A stretch of 62,488 nt of DNA, filler included. It is 4 parts of 4 records of this genome, joined end to end, with 100 filler letters (N's around TTAATTAATTAA, not from the genome) between each part and the next. Parts side by side here need not be neighbours in the genome. Positions count along the whole stretch, not along the records: positions 34,865 to 62,488 come from SRR22947725_514; 3 more parts are not named here. One strand, 5' to 3'. Both the position numbers and the translations under genes were made by a program. Below are positions 51,929-60,914 of the stretch, piece after piece (position 1 is the stretch's first letter; each line of letters begins with the position of its first letter). The notes under the pieces were generated by a model. That model was not told the origin of the DNA, made no database searches, and saw nothing but the letters and a program-made list of their open reading frames with translations.

Positions 51929-52963
51929 TTAACCTTTAATTAGTTCAGATACTTGACCAACCCAATCATCACGTTCGATGCGACCTTTTACAGACAAACT
52001 ATCATCTACCCACATAATTTCATCGTTTGTCCAAGAAGCTACTTGCGCAAATTGATATATTCCCAATTTATTCATTGCTTCCTCTAATTTTGGTCCAACA
52101 CCAGTGATCTTTTTTAAATCGTCTTTTTCTGATGGTGCTTCTGAAAAAAGAGTAGGCTTTGTACCAATTGATTCAGGAGTTTCTTCTTCTACTTCTTTTG
52201 AAGTTTCAAGTACGTCTAAAATTTCTTCAACTGGAGCATCTACTAGCTCACCAAGATCCACACCAGCAGAACCCATTTGAGCTGCCATTCCATCAAGTGC
52301 TGAACGTGCGATCAAATCACAATAAAGTCCAATAGCTCGTGCAGCGTCATCATTTCCAGGAATTGGGTAATCAATACCTTCAGGAGCTGAATTTGTATCT
52401 AATATGCCTATTACTGGAATACCCAGTTTATTTGCTTCAGCCACTGCTAGAGCTTCTTTATTTGTATCAATTACAAACAACAGATCAGGTGTACCGCCCA
52501 TTTCAGCTATACCATTTAACGAAGCGTGAAGCTTAGCGTGTTCACGCTCCATTCCTAATCGTTCTTTTTTTGTTAAGCCATCAAAACCCGTTTCCATTTG
52601 TGCAGATATAGCTTTTAGACGTTGAATAGATTTTGATACTGTTTGCCAGTTTGTTAATGTTCCACCTAACCAACGATGGTTCATGTAATATTGTGCTGAA
52701 CGTTCGGCAGCCTCAGCTACAGCTTTTGATGCTTGTCTTTTTGTACCAACAAACAGAATTCTTCCACCTTTAGACACTGTCTCTCGCACTACATTTAATG
52801 CCTGATCCAGCAAAGGAACAGTTTGCGTTAGATCCATAATGTGAATTCCATTTCTAGAACCATAAATATATTGATCCATACGGGGATTCCAGCGATGTGT
52901 TTGGTGACCAAAATGTACGCCCGCTTCTAACAGTTGGCGCAATGAGAACTCAGGTAGAGCCAT
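51929..52963 (-). CDS. rpsB: 30S ribosomal protein S2 with acidic linker and C-terminal HhH-type domain
   Basis: [33 protein letters not shown] before ATG 52963; tail [14 protein letters not shown]...[11 protein letters not shown]. Confidence 0.97.
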   Translation of the reverse strand: MALPEFSLRQLLEAGVHFGHQTHRWNPRMDQYIYGSRNGIHIMDLTQTVPLLDQALNVVRETVSKGGRILFVGTKRQASKAVAEAAERSAQYYMNHRWLGGTLTNWQTVSKSIQRLKAISAQMETGFDGLTKKERLGMEREHAKLHASLNGIAEMGGTPDLLFVIDTNKEALAVAEANKLGIPVIGILDTNSAPEGIDYPIPGNDDAARAIGLYCDLIARSALDGMAAQMGSAGVDLGELVDAPVEEILDVLETSKEVEEETPESIGTKPTLFSEAPSEKDDLKKITGVGPKLEEAMNKLGIYQFAQVASWTNDEIMWVDDSLSVKGRIERDDWVGQVSELIKG

Positions 52964-52974
52964 TGTAATATTCC

Positions 52975-53072
52975 TTTTCCGGTTTTGCCTCAGCGAAGTG
53001 AAGGACATTATGTCCAACCGGTGGAGTTATTAGGATTTCTCCCCAATAACCCTCAAGCTCCGCCTGTGGATT
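52975..53072 (-). ncRNA. rpsB 5' leader (t44/S2-binding-type cis-regulatory RNA)
   Basis: CCACAGGCGGAG...[GTTATT/AATAAC stem]...CCGGT..[GGACA/TGTCC stem]..TTCGCTGAGGCAAAACC architecture directly 5' of rpsB. Confidence 0.7.
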
Positions 53073-53171
53073 TAAGTATCGATTGAGTAAACCGAATAAT
53101 AAAGTAATGCAAGTGTATAAAGTCTAATATTTGAAATTATAACTTTATAAAGCATATTTTGTTAATGAAGT

Positions 53172-53199
53172 ATCCAGAGATGATAATTCATCTCTGGAT
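53172..53199. terminator. 12-bp perfect hairpin downstream of comE
   Basis: ATCCAGAGATGA-TAAT-TCATCTCTGGAT, 7 nt after the comE stop. Confidence 0.7.
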
Positions 53200-53206
53200 T
53201 TGTAAT

Positions 53207-53761
53207 TTAAGCTTGTACAGCTTTCATAAATCGGTCTCTGATCACAACTGGATCTTTTCTAATTACTGGCACCTTAATGTTTCCAGATTCACATTTAGCA
53301 ACAATTATTGTCATTTTCTTACTGTCAATTGCTGATTGTAATGTTTTGCCTGTATCTGCAGCGCTACATTCAATCACATTTTCGCACCCACATGCTTTTG
53401 CTACATTTGTCAGAGATGTTTTCAAACCTGCGTATGTAGGTTGATCACCTGTTGACCCATAACTTCCATTATCAATAATTAATAATATGTAGTTATCTGC
53501 AACATTATTTGCAATTGTAGGAAGTGTTCCAAAGTTTGTAAGAACAGATCCATCGCCATCTATTGAAATAACAGTTTTATCCTGAGCTAAAGCTACGCCA
53601 AGACCTATAGAAGAGGATAAACCCATTGTTCCAAGCATGTAAAAATTTGACGGCTGATCATCAATAAGATGTAATTCTTGGCTCGGCAAACCAATATTAC
53701 AAACAACAAGCTGATTGCTTAAGATTGGTGCAATGTCGCGTAAAATATCAGATCTAATCAT
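53207..53761 (-). CDS. comE: Sulfopyruvate decarboxylase beta subunit
   Basis: CNIGLPSQEL, NFYMLGTMGLSSSIGLG, DGDGSVL, DNGSYGSTGDQ. Confidence 0.9.
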   Translation of the reverse strand: MIRSDILRDIAPILSNQLVVCNIGLPSQELHLIDDQPSNFYMLGTMGLSSSIGLGVALAQDKTVISIDGDGSVLTNFGTLPTIANNVADNYILLIIDNGSYGSTGDQPTYAGLKTSLTNVAKACGCENVIECSAADTGKTLQSAIDSKKMTIIVAKCESGNIKVPVIRKDPVVIRDRFMKAVQA

Positions 53762-54261
53762 TCTCCATATCCTCCCCAGAATGATGCATCCGTAAGAATA
53801 GCAACTGGTTTATTACACATATAAGTGTACTTTAATATTGCATCAAATTCTTCTACATCATCTTCTTTATGAAAATGATAGGTTGGTATATTTAATTGAT
53901 TTAATAAAGCTTTTGTATGAACAGCCATCTCAGCCTGACATGCGACAGGTTCTCTTAGTTCACCACGATAACTAATAAGCATAGGAAGAGGCATCCTGTA
54001 ATACTGAGTGAGCGTTACCAATGTATTAACTGTTACACCAATAGCAGTATTTTGCATTATAATCGCAGGGCGTTTACCACCCATGTAAGCTCCAGCACAT
54101 AATCCCATTCCCTCATCTTCTTTATTAGATGGAATGTGGTAAATATCTGAATTAGCTTCCACTGCATCGATTACCCCTGCCAACTGCTTGCATGGCACTG
54201 TGGTAATGAACTCCACATCATTTGCTACAAAATCAGCAACAATTTTTTCACTTACTGTCAT
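53758..54261 (-). CDS. comD: Sulfopyruvate decarboxylase alpha subunit
   Basis: TVPCKQL, KEDEGMGLCAGA, IMQNTAIG, SYRGELRE..CQ; AAGGAG RBS before ATG 54261; ATGA overlap with comE. Confidence 0.9.
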   Translation of the reverse strand: MTVSEKIVADFVANDVEFITTVPCKQLAGVIDAVEANSDIYHIPSNKEDEGMGLCAGAYMGGKRPAIIMQNTAIGVTVNTLVTLTQYYRMPLPMLISYRGELREPVACQAEMAVHTKALLNQLNIPTYHFHKEDDVEEFDAILKYTYMCNKPVAILTDASFWGGYGE

Positions 54262-54494
54262 CAAATACTCCTTAATTGTGCTATAATTGGTTATCAATCT
54301 AAGCATTTAATATATTTATTATGTTAATATGGTATTTCTTAAAACTTTTAATTTCTTGTTTCGGTAAAGCTAAAACTATATTTTGCCTTTAGCATAATCA
54401 TCCTTAAACCTTATTCATTTTAAAGCTGTTAAAACAATATTGTAGATTAAGTATCCTATTTACAAATTCAAAGACCGCAATTAACTATTTATTT

Positions 54495-55157
54495 ATGTTA
54501 AATTTAGATGATCAATATAAACCTGAACGTAAAAAATCAGGTTTTTTAGCTAGATTAAGAGGAAATTTCTTAACAGGCTTAGTCATTGTTCTTCCTGTTG
54601 CATTAACAATTTGGATGGTTTGGTCATTTGTCGGTTTTGTCGATAACAGAGTACTCCCCCTTGTTCCTAGTTATTATAATCCACTTACTTATGTAGACTT
54701 CAATATAAGGGGAGTTGGTGTTGTAATCTTCCTAATATTCACAACACTTATGGGAGCAATAACGAAAGGATTATTTGGTCGCCAATTAATACGCATTGGT
54801 GAAAGTATAGTCGATAGAGTTCCGGTAGTAAGATCAATATATAATGGTGTTAAACAAATAGTTGAAACGATAACATCATCATCAGAGAATAATTTCGATA
54901 AAGTCTGTATGTTTGAATATCCACGAAAAGGCATCTGGGCCATTGGCTTCATATCAACAAAAACTGGTAGTGAAATTCGTAAAAAAGCAGGGGCTGGTGA
55001 ATTATATAGCATTTTTGTGCCAACAACTCCTAATCCGACATCGGGCTTTCTACTTTTTGTCCCCCAAAAAGACACCATAGTACTTGATATGGATGTTGAA
55101 GATGCTGCGAAACTAATCATTTCAGCAGGTATCGTAGAGCCACCACAAAAAAAATAA
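54495..55157 (+). CDS. DUF502 family membrane protein
   Basis: FLTGL.IVLP, RVPVVRSIY, EYPRKG.W, FVPTTPNPTSGF. Confidence 0.92.
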   Translation: MLNLDDQYKPERKKSGFLARLRGNFLTGLVIVLPVALTIWMVWSFVGFVDNRVLPLVPSYYNPLTYVDFNIRGVGVVIFLIFTTLMGAITKGLFGRQLIRIGESIVDRVPVVRSIYNGVKQIVETITSSSENNFDKVCMFEYPRKGIWAIGFISTKTGSEIRKKAGAGELYSIFVPTTPNPTSGFLLFVPQKDTIVLDMDVEDAAKLIISAGIVEPPQKK

Positions 55158-55189
55158 ACTAAAACAAGTCATAGAAATCATAATAAATA

Positions 55190-55798
55190 ATGCTTACTGT
55201 AGGTCTCACAGGTTTTTTTACCTCATTATCTCTTATTCTGGCTATTGGCGCACAAAACACAATGCTACTGCGCCAAGGTTTAACCAAACAACATATATTT
55301 TGGGCATGTATTTTTTGCAGCGTAAGTGATGCAATATTAATACTATTTGGTATCTTTGGATTTGATTTTGCAGCATCTAAAATTCCAAATTTAGCATTTG
55401 TATTAACTATAGGTGGGATAATTTTCTTAATTTCATATGGATCTAAAAGATTATGGGCCGCTTATATTGGAAGTTATGAAATAGAGATTAATGGCAAATC
55501 AAAATCTCTATCAAGTGTGCTGGCTAGTTTAGCGGCTGTCACATGGTTAAATCCACATGTTTATTTAGATACAATGGTTTTACTTGGGGCAATATCAGTT
55601 CAGTATAATAACTTATCTGAAAAAATTATATTCGCCATATTTGCTATGATTGCGTCATTTGTTTTCTTTTTTAGTTTAGGCTACGGAGCAAAATTTCTTG
55701 CTCCATACTTTAAATCAATAAAAGTTTGGGTATTTTTGGATATTGCGATTGCATTTATAATGTATGCAATCGCCTATGGATTATATAAATCACTTTAA
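55190..55798 (+). CDS. LysE/ArgO family amino acid exporter
   Basis: LILAIGAQN, RQGL, TWLNPHVYLDT. Confidence 0.92.
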   Translation: MLTVGLTGFFTSLSLILAIGAQNTMLLRQGLTKQHIFWACIFCSVSDAILILFGIFGFDFAASKIPNLAFVLTIGGIIFLISYGSKRLWAAYIGSYEIEINGKSKSLSSVLASLAAVTWLNPHVYLDTMVLLGAISVQYNNLSEKIIFAIFAMIASFVFFFSLGYGAKFLAPYFKSIKVWVFLDIAIAFIMYAIAYGLYKSL

Positions 55799-55807
55799 AG
55801 ATTTTGG

Positions 55808-57604
55808 TTATTCAACCCACCAAACATCAGGTAAAAAACCTGTCCAATCACCATACATTGGCAATCTATTTGGAAATTTTAAAGAGCTATCATGGGCTAG
55901 TCTACTAATATTGTCATATCCAAATGGCACAACATATCTTCCTGCAGTTAAAACTCTATCTAATGCTTTTACAGCTGCTACAAATTCAGATTGGTCTGTT
56001 GCCGTTAACATATGATCAATAAGTGGCTCAATTGCTGGGTCTTTTGCCCCCATATAGTTTCTTGTCCCTGGCTCAGTAATTCCTTTTGGACCCCAATAAA
56101 GCTTTTGCTCGTTTCCAGGTGACAAAGACAACCACCAAAGATTAGGCATCATATCAAAATCATATGATTTTTTTCTCTCTCTGAACACTGCTGAATCTAA
56201 CGACGCTATAGTGACATTAATTCCAAGTCTTTTTAATGAATCTACATAAATATTTGAAATAGCTTCTAATTCTGATGCATTGTTTTGTAACATAATTTCA
56301 ATTTCAAATGATTTACCATCTGAATTTTTCAAAATACCGTTCTCTAAATTCCAACCAGCTTCTGATAAAAGTTCAGTTGCCTTTTTAAGTCCCTTTCTGT
56401 TTCTTTTTCCATTACTTTCAGGATAAGAGTAACCTTCAAGTGTTCCTGGTAAGAGACTATCTTTGTAATTTTCTAATAATTCCTTCACCCTGCCGTTTGC
56501 TGCGTCGTGTGACATTCCCAGTTTAGAATTGGAAAAGAACGAACCATATCTTATTTTTGTTCCTCCATATACTTTCTCGTTGAAATTTTCATAGTCAAAA
56601 GCTTGAATCAAAGCTTCTCTAACGCGCCAATCAGAAAACTTGTCTCTTCTAGTGTTGATTGCAAGCCCTTTCATGCCAGATGGGCGTTTGTGTGGAACTA
56701 TAGATTTAATTGCATTACCTGAGTTTATCCGATCAAAATCATAATTTGTTTCCCATTTAGAACCATTTCCTTCACGATAATAAGAAGTATCCCCTGCTTT
56801 GAAAGCTTCAAAAATTACATTACTGTCTAAATAATAATCATATCTAAGCTCTGAAATATTATGAAGACCACGATTAAAGGGAATATTATTACCCCAATAA
56901 TCAGGATTCTTTTTGAATTGAATAAATCTTCCTGCCTCAAATTTATCTATAATGTATGGGCCACTACCAGTAATAGGTTCAAGACTACTAGAAGCAAAAT
57001 CACGGTTATCAAAATCAGATTTCTTTAATATTGGTCTGAGACCAAGTATTAATGGAAGTTCTTGATCGCCACTATCAGAATAAAACCTCACAGATCTTTC
57101 GCCTGTTTTCTCTACACGCGACACTTTCCCCCAAGATCTTACGTATCTTGGGTGACCTTGAGTTCCCAAAGTTTCATATGACCAAATTACGTCCTCAATT
57201 GTAATTGGTGTATTATCAGAAAACCGGGCTTCTTTTCGAAGCGTAAATTCCACCCAATCTCTGTTTTTAGAAGTCTCAACTGATTCTGCTAAAAGACCAT
57301 AAAGTGTGAATGGTTCATCATAAGATCGCCCTAAAAGTGTTTCAAATGTATGAACTTTTACTCCATATGGAGCCTTCCCCTTTAGAATGAACGGATTAAA
57401 AGAATCGAAACTACCACGCTCTCCAAAAACCAAACGGCCACCCTGAGGTGCATCTAAATTTACATATGGTAGCGACACAAAATCTTGTGGTAGATCGGGT
57501 ACTCCATACATAGCTATGCCATGTTTTGCATCTGCTAGTGTAGATCCTGCAAAACAAAATGAGAGTATTGATAAAAATGCTTTTAGACTAATCTGTTGTT
57601 TCAT
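55808..57604 (-). CDS. ABC oligopeptide-binding protein (YejA-like, SBP family 5)
   Basis: HGIAMYG.P, FDSFNPFILKG, EPFTLYGLLAES, GSGPY, ALDRVL..G.YVVP, terminal WW. Confidence 0.88.
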   Translation of the reverse strand: MKQQISLKAFLSILSFCFAGSTLADAKHGIAMYGVPDLPQDFVSLPYVNLDAPQGGRLVFGERGSFDSFNPFILKGKAPYGVKVHTFETLLGRSYDEPFTLYGLLAESVETSKNRDWVEFTLRKEARFSDNTPITIEDVIWSYETLGTQGHPRYVRSWGKVSRVEKTGERSVRFYSDSGDQELPLILGLRPILKKSDFDNRDFASSSLEPITGSGPYIIDKFEAGRFIQFKKNPDYWGNNIPFNRGLHNISELRYDYYLDSNVIFEAFKAGDTSYYREGNGSKWETNYDFDRINSGNAIKSIVPHKRPSGMKGLAINTRRDKFSDWRVREALIQAFDYENFNEKVYGGTKIRYGSFFSNSKLGMSHDAANGRVKELLENYKDSLLPGTLEGYSYPESNGKRNRKGLKKATELLSEAGWNLENGILKNSDGKSFEIEIMLQNNASELEAISNIYVDSLKRLGINVTIASLDSAVFRERKKSYDFDMMPNLWWLSLSPGNEQKLYWGPKGITEPGTRNYMGAKDPAIEPLIDHMLTATDQSEFVAAVKALDRVLTAGRYVVPFGYDNISRLAHDSSLKFPNRLPMYGDWTGFLPDVWWVE

Positions 57605-57679
57605 TGTTGCACCATCTTTCAATTGAGTCGTTGATTTACCACCATTGTAAGCCCCTTTTGTGAAATATCAATTTTTTCC

Positions 57680-57709
57680 TTGGCCTATTACATAGCTATA
57701 GTTTATAAG
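57680..57709 (+). promoter_or_regulatory. Putative sigma70 promoter of the intergenic RNA
   Basis: (C)TTGGCC, 17-18 nt spacer, then TTATAA/TATAAG. Confidence 0.5.
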
Positions 57710-57714
57710 CATAG

Positions 57715-57790
57715 TACTGCTCGATAGGTTTCTGCCTGTATGAAACCTGCCTCAATACTTGGCGTCCTCTTTATGAGGACGCTTTTTTTT
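57715..57790 (+). ncRNA. Candidate ~75-nt small RNA (or leader) upstream of arsC
   Basis: GC-richer island in AT-rich spacer: AGGTTTC/GAAACCT stem-loop, single-stranded GCCTCAATACTT, then a terminator. Confidence 0.55.
57762..57790 (+). terminator. Strong intrinsic terminator
   Basis: GCGTCCTC-TTTAT-GAGGACGC followed by T8. Confidence 0.9.
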
Positions 57791-57855
57791 AAAATATCTA
57801 CAAAATATGAATTAAGATATTTAATTTTATTATTATTTAGATTAATGAAAGTTTT

Positions 57856-58335
57856 ATGAATATTCTTGTACTTTGCACTGGCAATTCTGCACGCTCTATA
57901 CTTCTAGAAGCCATTTTGAATTGTCTTGGCAAAGGCCGTTTAAAAGCATATTCAGCTGGCTCTAAACCAATTGGCACCGTAAATCCTTACTCAATAGAAT
58001 TATTAAAGAAAAAGGGAATTACAAAAAAATTTAGTTCTAAATCTTGGACAACTTTTTCAACGAATTCTGAAATAACTATGGATATTGTTATCACCGTTTG
58101 TGGCAATGCTAGAGACGAGGAATGTCCATATTGGCCTGGCAATCCTCTCAGAGCCCATTGGGGTGTCCCTGATCCTGCTTTTATAAAAGGATCGAGCTCT
58201 GAAAAAGAAATAGCTTTTTCTAAAGTTTATAATATTCTTGAAAAACGGGCAAAAGCATTTCTCGATCTTGAATTTGAGAATATGAAATCAAACACGCTTC
58301 AAAAAAATATCAATAATATAAGTAGGATAGTTTAA
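57856..58335 (+). CDS. arsC: Arsenate reductase, LMW-PTP family
   Basis: LCTGNSARS, SAGS.P, VITVC.....E.CP.WPG, HWG.PDP. Confidence 0.9.
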   Translation: MNILVLCTGNSARSILLEAILNCLGKGRLKAYSAGSKPIGTVNPYSIELLKKKGITKKFSSKSWTTFSTNSEITMDIVITVCGNARDEECPYWPGNPLRAHWGVPDPAFIKGSSSEKEIAFSKVYNILEKRAKAFLDLEFENMKSNTLQKNINNISRIV

Positions 58336-58336
58336 A

Positions 58337-58993
58337 ATGAATATGCGTGCATATTTATCTGAATTCACAGGTACAACTATACTTTTAGCAACTGTAATTG
58401 GGTCTGGAATAATGGGAGAGACCCTAGCAAACGGAAATGCAGCTATTGCATTACTTGGAAATACCATTGCTACAGGTGCTATTTTATATGTTTTAATAAC
58501 AATTTTTGGACCAATTTCGGGAGCTCATTTCAACCCAATTGTTACTGTAGCTATGTTAATAGCAAAAAAAATTACCGCTAAATATGCGATAATTTTTATT
58601 ATTTTGCAAATTCTAGGTGCATGCTTAGGGGTATTGATTGCCCACGGTATGTTTGAGCTAGATATATTTCAGATTTCTTCTAAGTTAAGGCAAGGTGCAT
58701 CGCAAGGTTTCTCCGAAATTATAGCAACATTTGGGTTAATACTCGTAATTTTTGGTGGATTGAAACTACGCGCAGATGCAATACCTGCACTTGTTGGGTT
58801 TTATATTACATCAGCATATTGGTTTACTGCTTCTACAAGTTTTGCTAATCCTGCTGTCACTTTAGCAAGATCACTTTCAGACACATTCGCTGGCATTAAC
58901 CCTTCAAATATTATCATGTTTATTTCATGCCAGTTTATTGGAATGTTAGTTGCTTTAATACTTGTAAAATATATATTTTCAGAAGAAGAGTAA
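58337..58993 (+). CDS. MIP/aquaporin, AqpS-like arsenite channel
   Basis: ISGAHFNPIVT, AYWFTASTSFANPAVT.AR..SDTFAGI; directly follows arsC. Confidence 0.88.
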   Translation: MNMRAYLSEFTGTTILLATVIGSGIMGETLANGNAAIALLGNTIATGAILYVLITIFGPISGAHFNPIVTVAMLIAKKITAKYAIIFIILQILGACLGVLIAHGMFELDIFQISSKLRQGASQGFSEIIATFGLILVIFGGLKLRADAIPALVGFYITSAYWFTASTSFANPAVTLARSLSDTFAGINPSNIIMFISCQFIGMLVALILVKYIFSEEE

Positions 58994-59077
58994 TTAGATA
59001 ACAGATTAAAAATATGCATTATTTATAAACTATTATTCAATTATATATAAATCATTATTTAAAAGGATAACCCATAA

Positions 59078-59710
59078 ATGGCAAAAATTGATATAATTTC
59101 TGATCCAATTTGCCCTTGGTGTTTTATTGGTAAAACACGATTGGATCGTGCTTTAGAAGCAAATCCTACCCATAACTTTATAATTGAGTGGCATCCGTAT
59201 CAATTAAACCCAACAATGCCAAAAAAAGGTATGGACAGAAGAGAATACTTGGAAACAAAGTTTGGTGGACAGGAAGAAGCAATAAAAGTTTATAGTAATA
59301 TAGACAAAACTGCTCATGAAAGTGGACTTTTGATGAATTTTGCTGGGATAAAAAGAACCCCAAACACAATTGATGCTCATAGATTAATTCATTGGGCAGG
59401 AATTGAAGGCAAACAAAATATAATCGTCGACCGTTTGTTTAAGTCATATTTTCAAGAAGGTCGTGATATCTCTGAAAAATCAGTACTTACACGTATCGCA
59501 AACGCTGCTGGAATGGATCAAGAAGTCATACGACGATTATTAGAAAGTGATGCAGACATAGACGACATAAAAGCTCGAGACACTGACGCAAGGAAAAAAG
59601 GAATTCAAGGTGTTCCAGCATTTGTTGTTGCCAATGAATATGTTGTACAGGGAGCTCAAACTACAGATGTCTGGAATAATATAATTAAAGAAATTCAGGA
59701 AGCTCAATGA
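59078..59710 (+). CDS. DsbA-family oxidoreductase (FrnE-like)
   Basis: SDPICPWCFIG, PNT.DAHRL, GVPAF, GAQ. Confidence 0.92.
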   Translation: MAKIDIISDPICPWCFIGKTRLDRALEANPTHNFIIEWHPYQLNPTMPKKGMDRREYLETKFGGQEEAIKVYSNIDKTAHESGLLMNFAGIKRTPNTIDAHRLIHWAGIEGKQNIIVDRLFKSYFQEGRDISEKSVLTRIANAAGMDQEVIRRLLESDADIDDIKARDTDARKKGIQGVPAFVVANEYVVQGAQTTDVWNNIIKEIQEAQ

Positions 59711-59714
59711 CTTA

Positions 59715-60914
59715 ATGGGTAAAAGTTTATCACTAACTGAATTCGTAGCATTAATAGCATTTCTGTTTTCATTAATCGCCATCGGCACCGACATGATGCT
59801 TCCAGCATTGGGCATTATAGCAGTCGACTTAAAGCTCCAAACAGAAAATCATGCACAACTTATAATAACAGTTTTTTTACTTGGGACAGGACTAGGCCAA
59901 TTAATATCGGGCCCAATATCTGATACATACGGGCGTAAAATTGTTTTATGTACCGGAATTTCGTTATTTATTCTGGCCAGTATAGCAGCAATCATTACAT
60001 CAGACTTTTTAATGTTATTAATCGCAAGGTTCATTCAAGGTTTGGGTATTTCTGCACCACGCTCTGCTGGAACTGCGATGGTTCGAGATTTATATAACGG
60101 AAGAGAATTAACTCGTGTTATATCATTGGCAATGATGATTTTTGTACTTGCTCCAGCAATTGCTCCGTTGCTTGGACAGTTTTTAATGATTTCATTTGGT
60201 TGGCGATCAATATTTACTGCATGCACTGTCGCTGGATTAATTGCCTTTGTTTGGCTCGTAATCAGACAAGAAGAAACGTTGATTGTTAAAAATAGGCAAC
60301 CGTTTCTAATTTCTAATTTGATGCAGGGTTATAAAACTACATTTACAAACAAACGTGTCATTATATCTACATTAGTCCAAGCATTGGTATTAGGTGGATT
60401 ATTTTCGTATATAGCAAGTGCTCCTCAAATATTTAGTGAATGGCTAAATGTAGAAAGTAAATTTCCTTTATATTTTTGTGGAATTGCACTTTTTTCAGCA
60501 CTTTCAAATATATTAAACGCCACACTAGTTGAAAAATTAGGAATGTGGTTTTTATCAACATGCGCAATTGGATTTAATATGATATTTTCAATAATTATAT
60601 TATCTATTTATTATTTGGAATTAATACCAATTTTTTTATACCTTCCAGTATTTATAATGTGGTCATGTGTACTTTTATTCACTATGGCGATGTCTGTTGG
60701 AAATCTGATGGCGTTAGCAATGGAACCTGTTGGTCATATCGCCGGTCTTGCGTCATCAATAATAGGATCAACATCAACATTAATTAGTATAACAATAGCT
60801 ATATTAATCGGAATGCTTTTCAATGGCACTGGATTACCTTTAATTACAGGAGTAACTATATTGGCTATAATATCATTTGCTTTAAACTTAAAAAATCCAA
60901 GAAATACTGCTTAG
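59715..60914 (+). CDS. Bcr/CflA-type multidrug MFS transporter
   Basis: DMMLPAL, GPISDTYGRK, ARFIQG, VRDLY.G; about 12 TM helices. Confidence 0.9.
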   Translation: MGKSLSLTEFVALIAFLFSLIAIGTDMMLPALGIIAVDLKLQTENHAQLIITVFLLGTGLGQLISGPISDTYGRKIVLCTGISLFILASIAAIITSDFLMLLIARFIQGLGISAPRSAGTAMVRDLYNGRELTRVISLAMMIFVLAPAIAPLLGQFLMISFGWRSIFTACTVAGLIAFVWLVIRQEETLIVKNRQPFLISNLMQGYKTTFTNKRVIISTLVQALVLGGLFSYIASAPQIFSEWLNVESKFPLYFCGIALFSALSNILNATLVEKLGMWFLSTCAIGFNMIFSIIILSIYYLELIPIFLYLPVFIMWSCVLLFTMAMSVGNLMALAMEPVGHIAGLASSIIGSTSTLISITIAILIGMLFNGTGLPLITGVTILAIISFALNLKNPRNTA

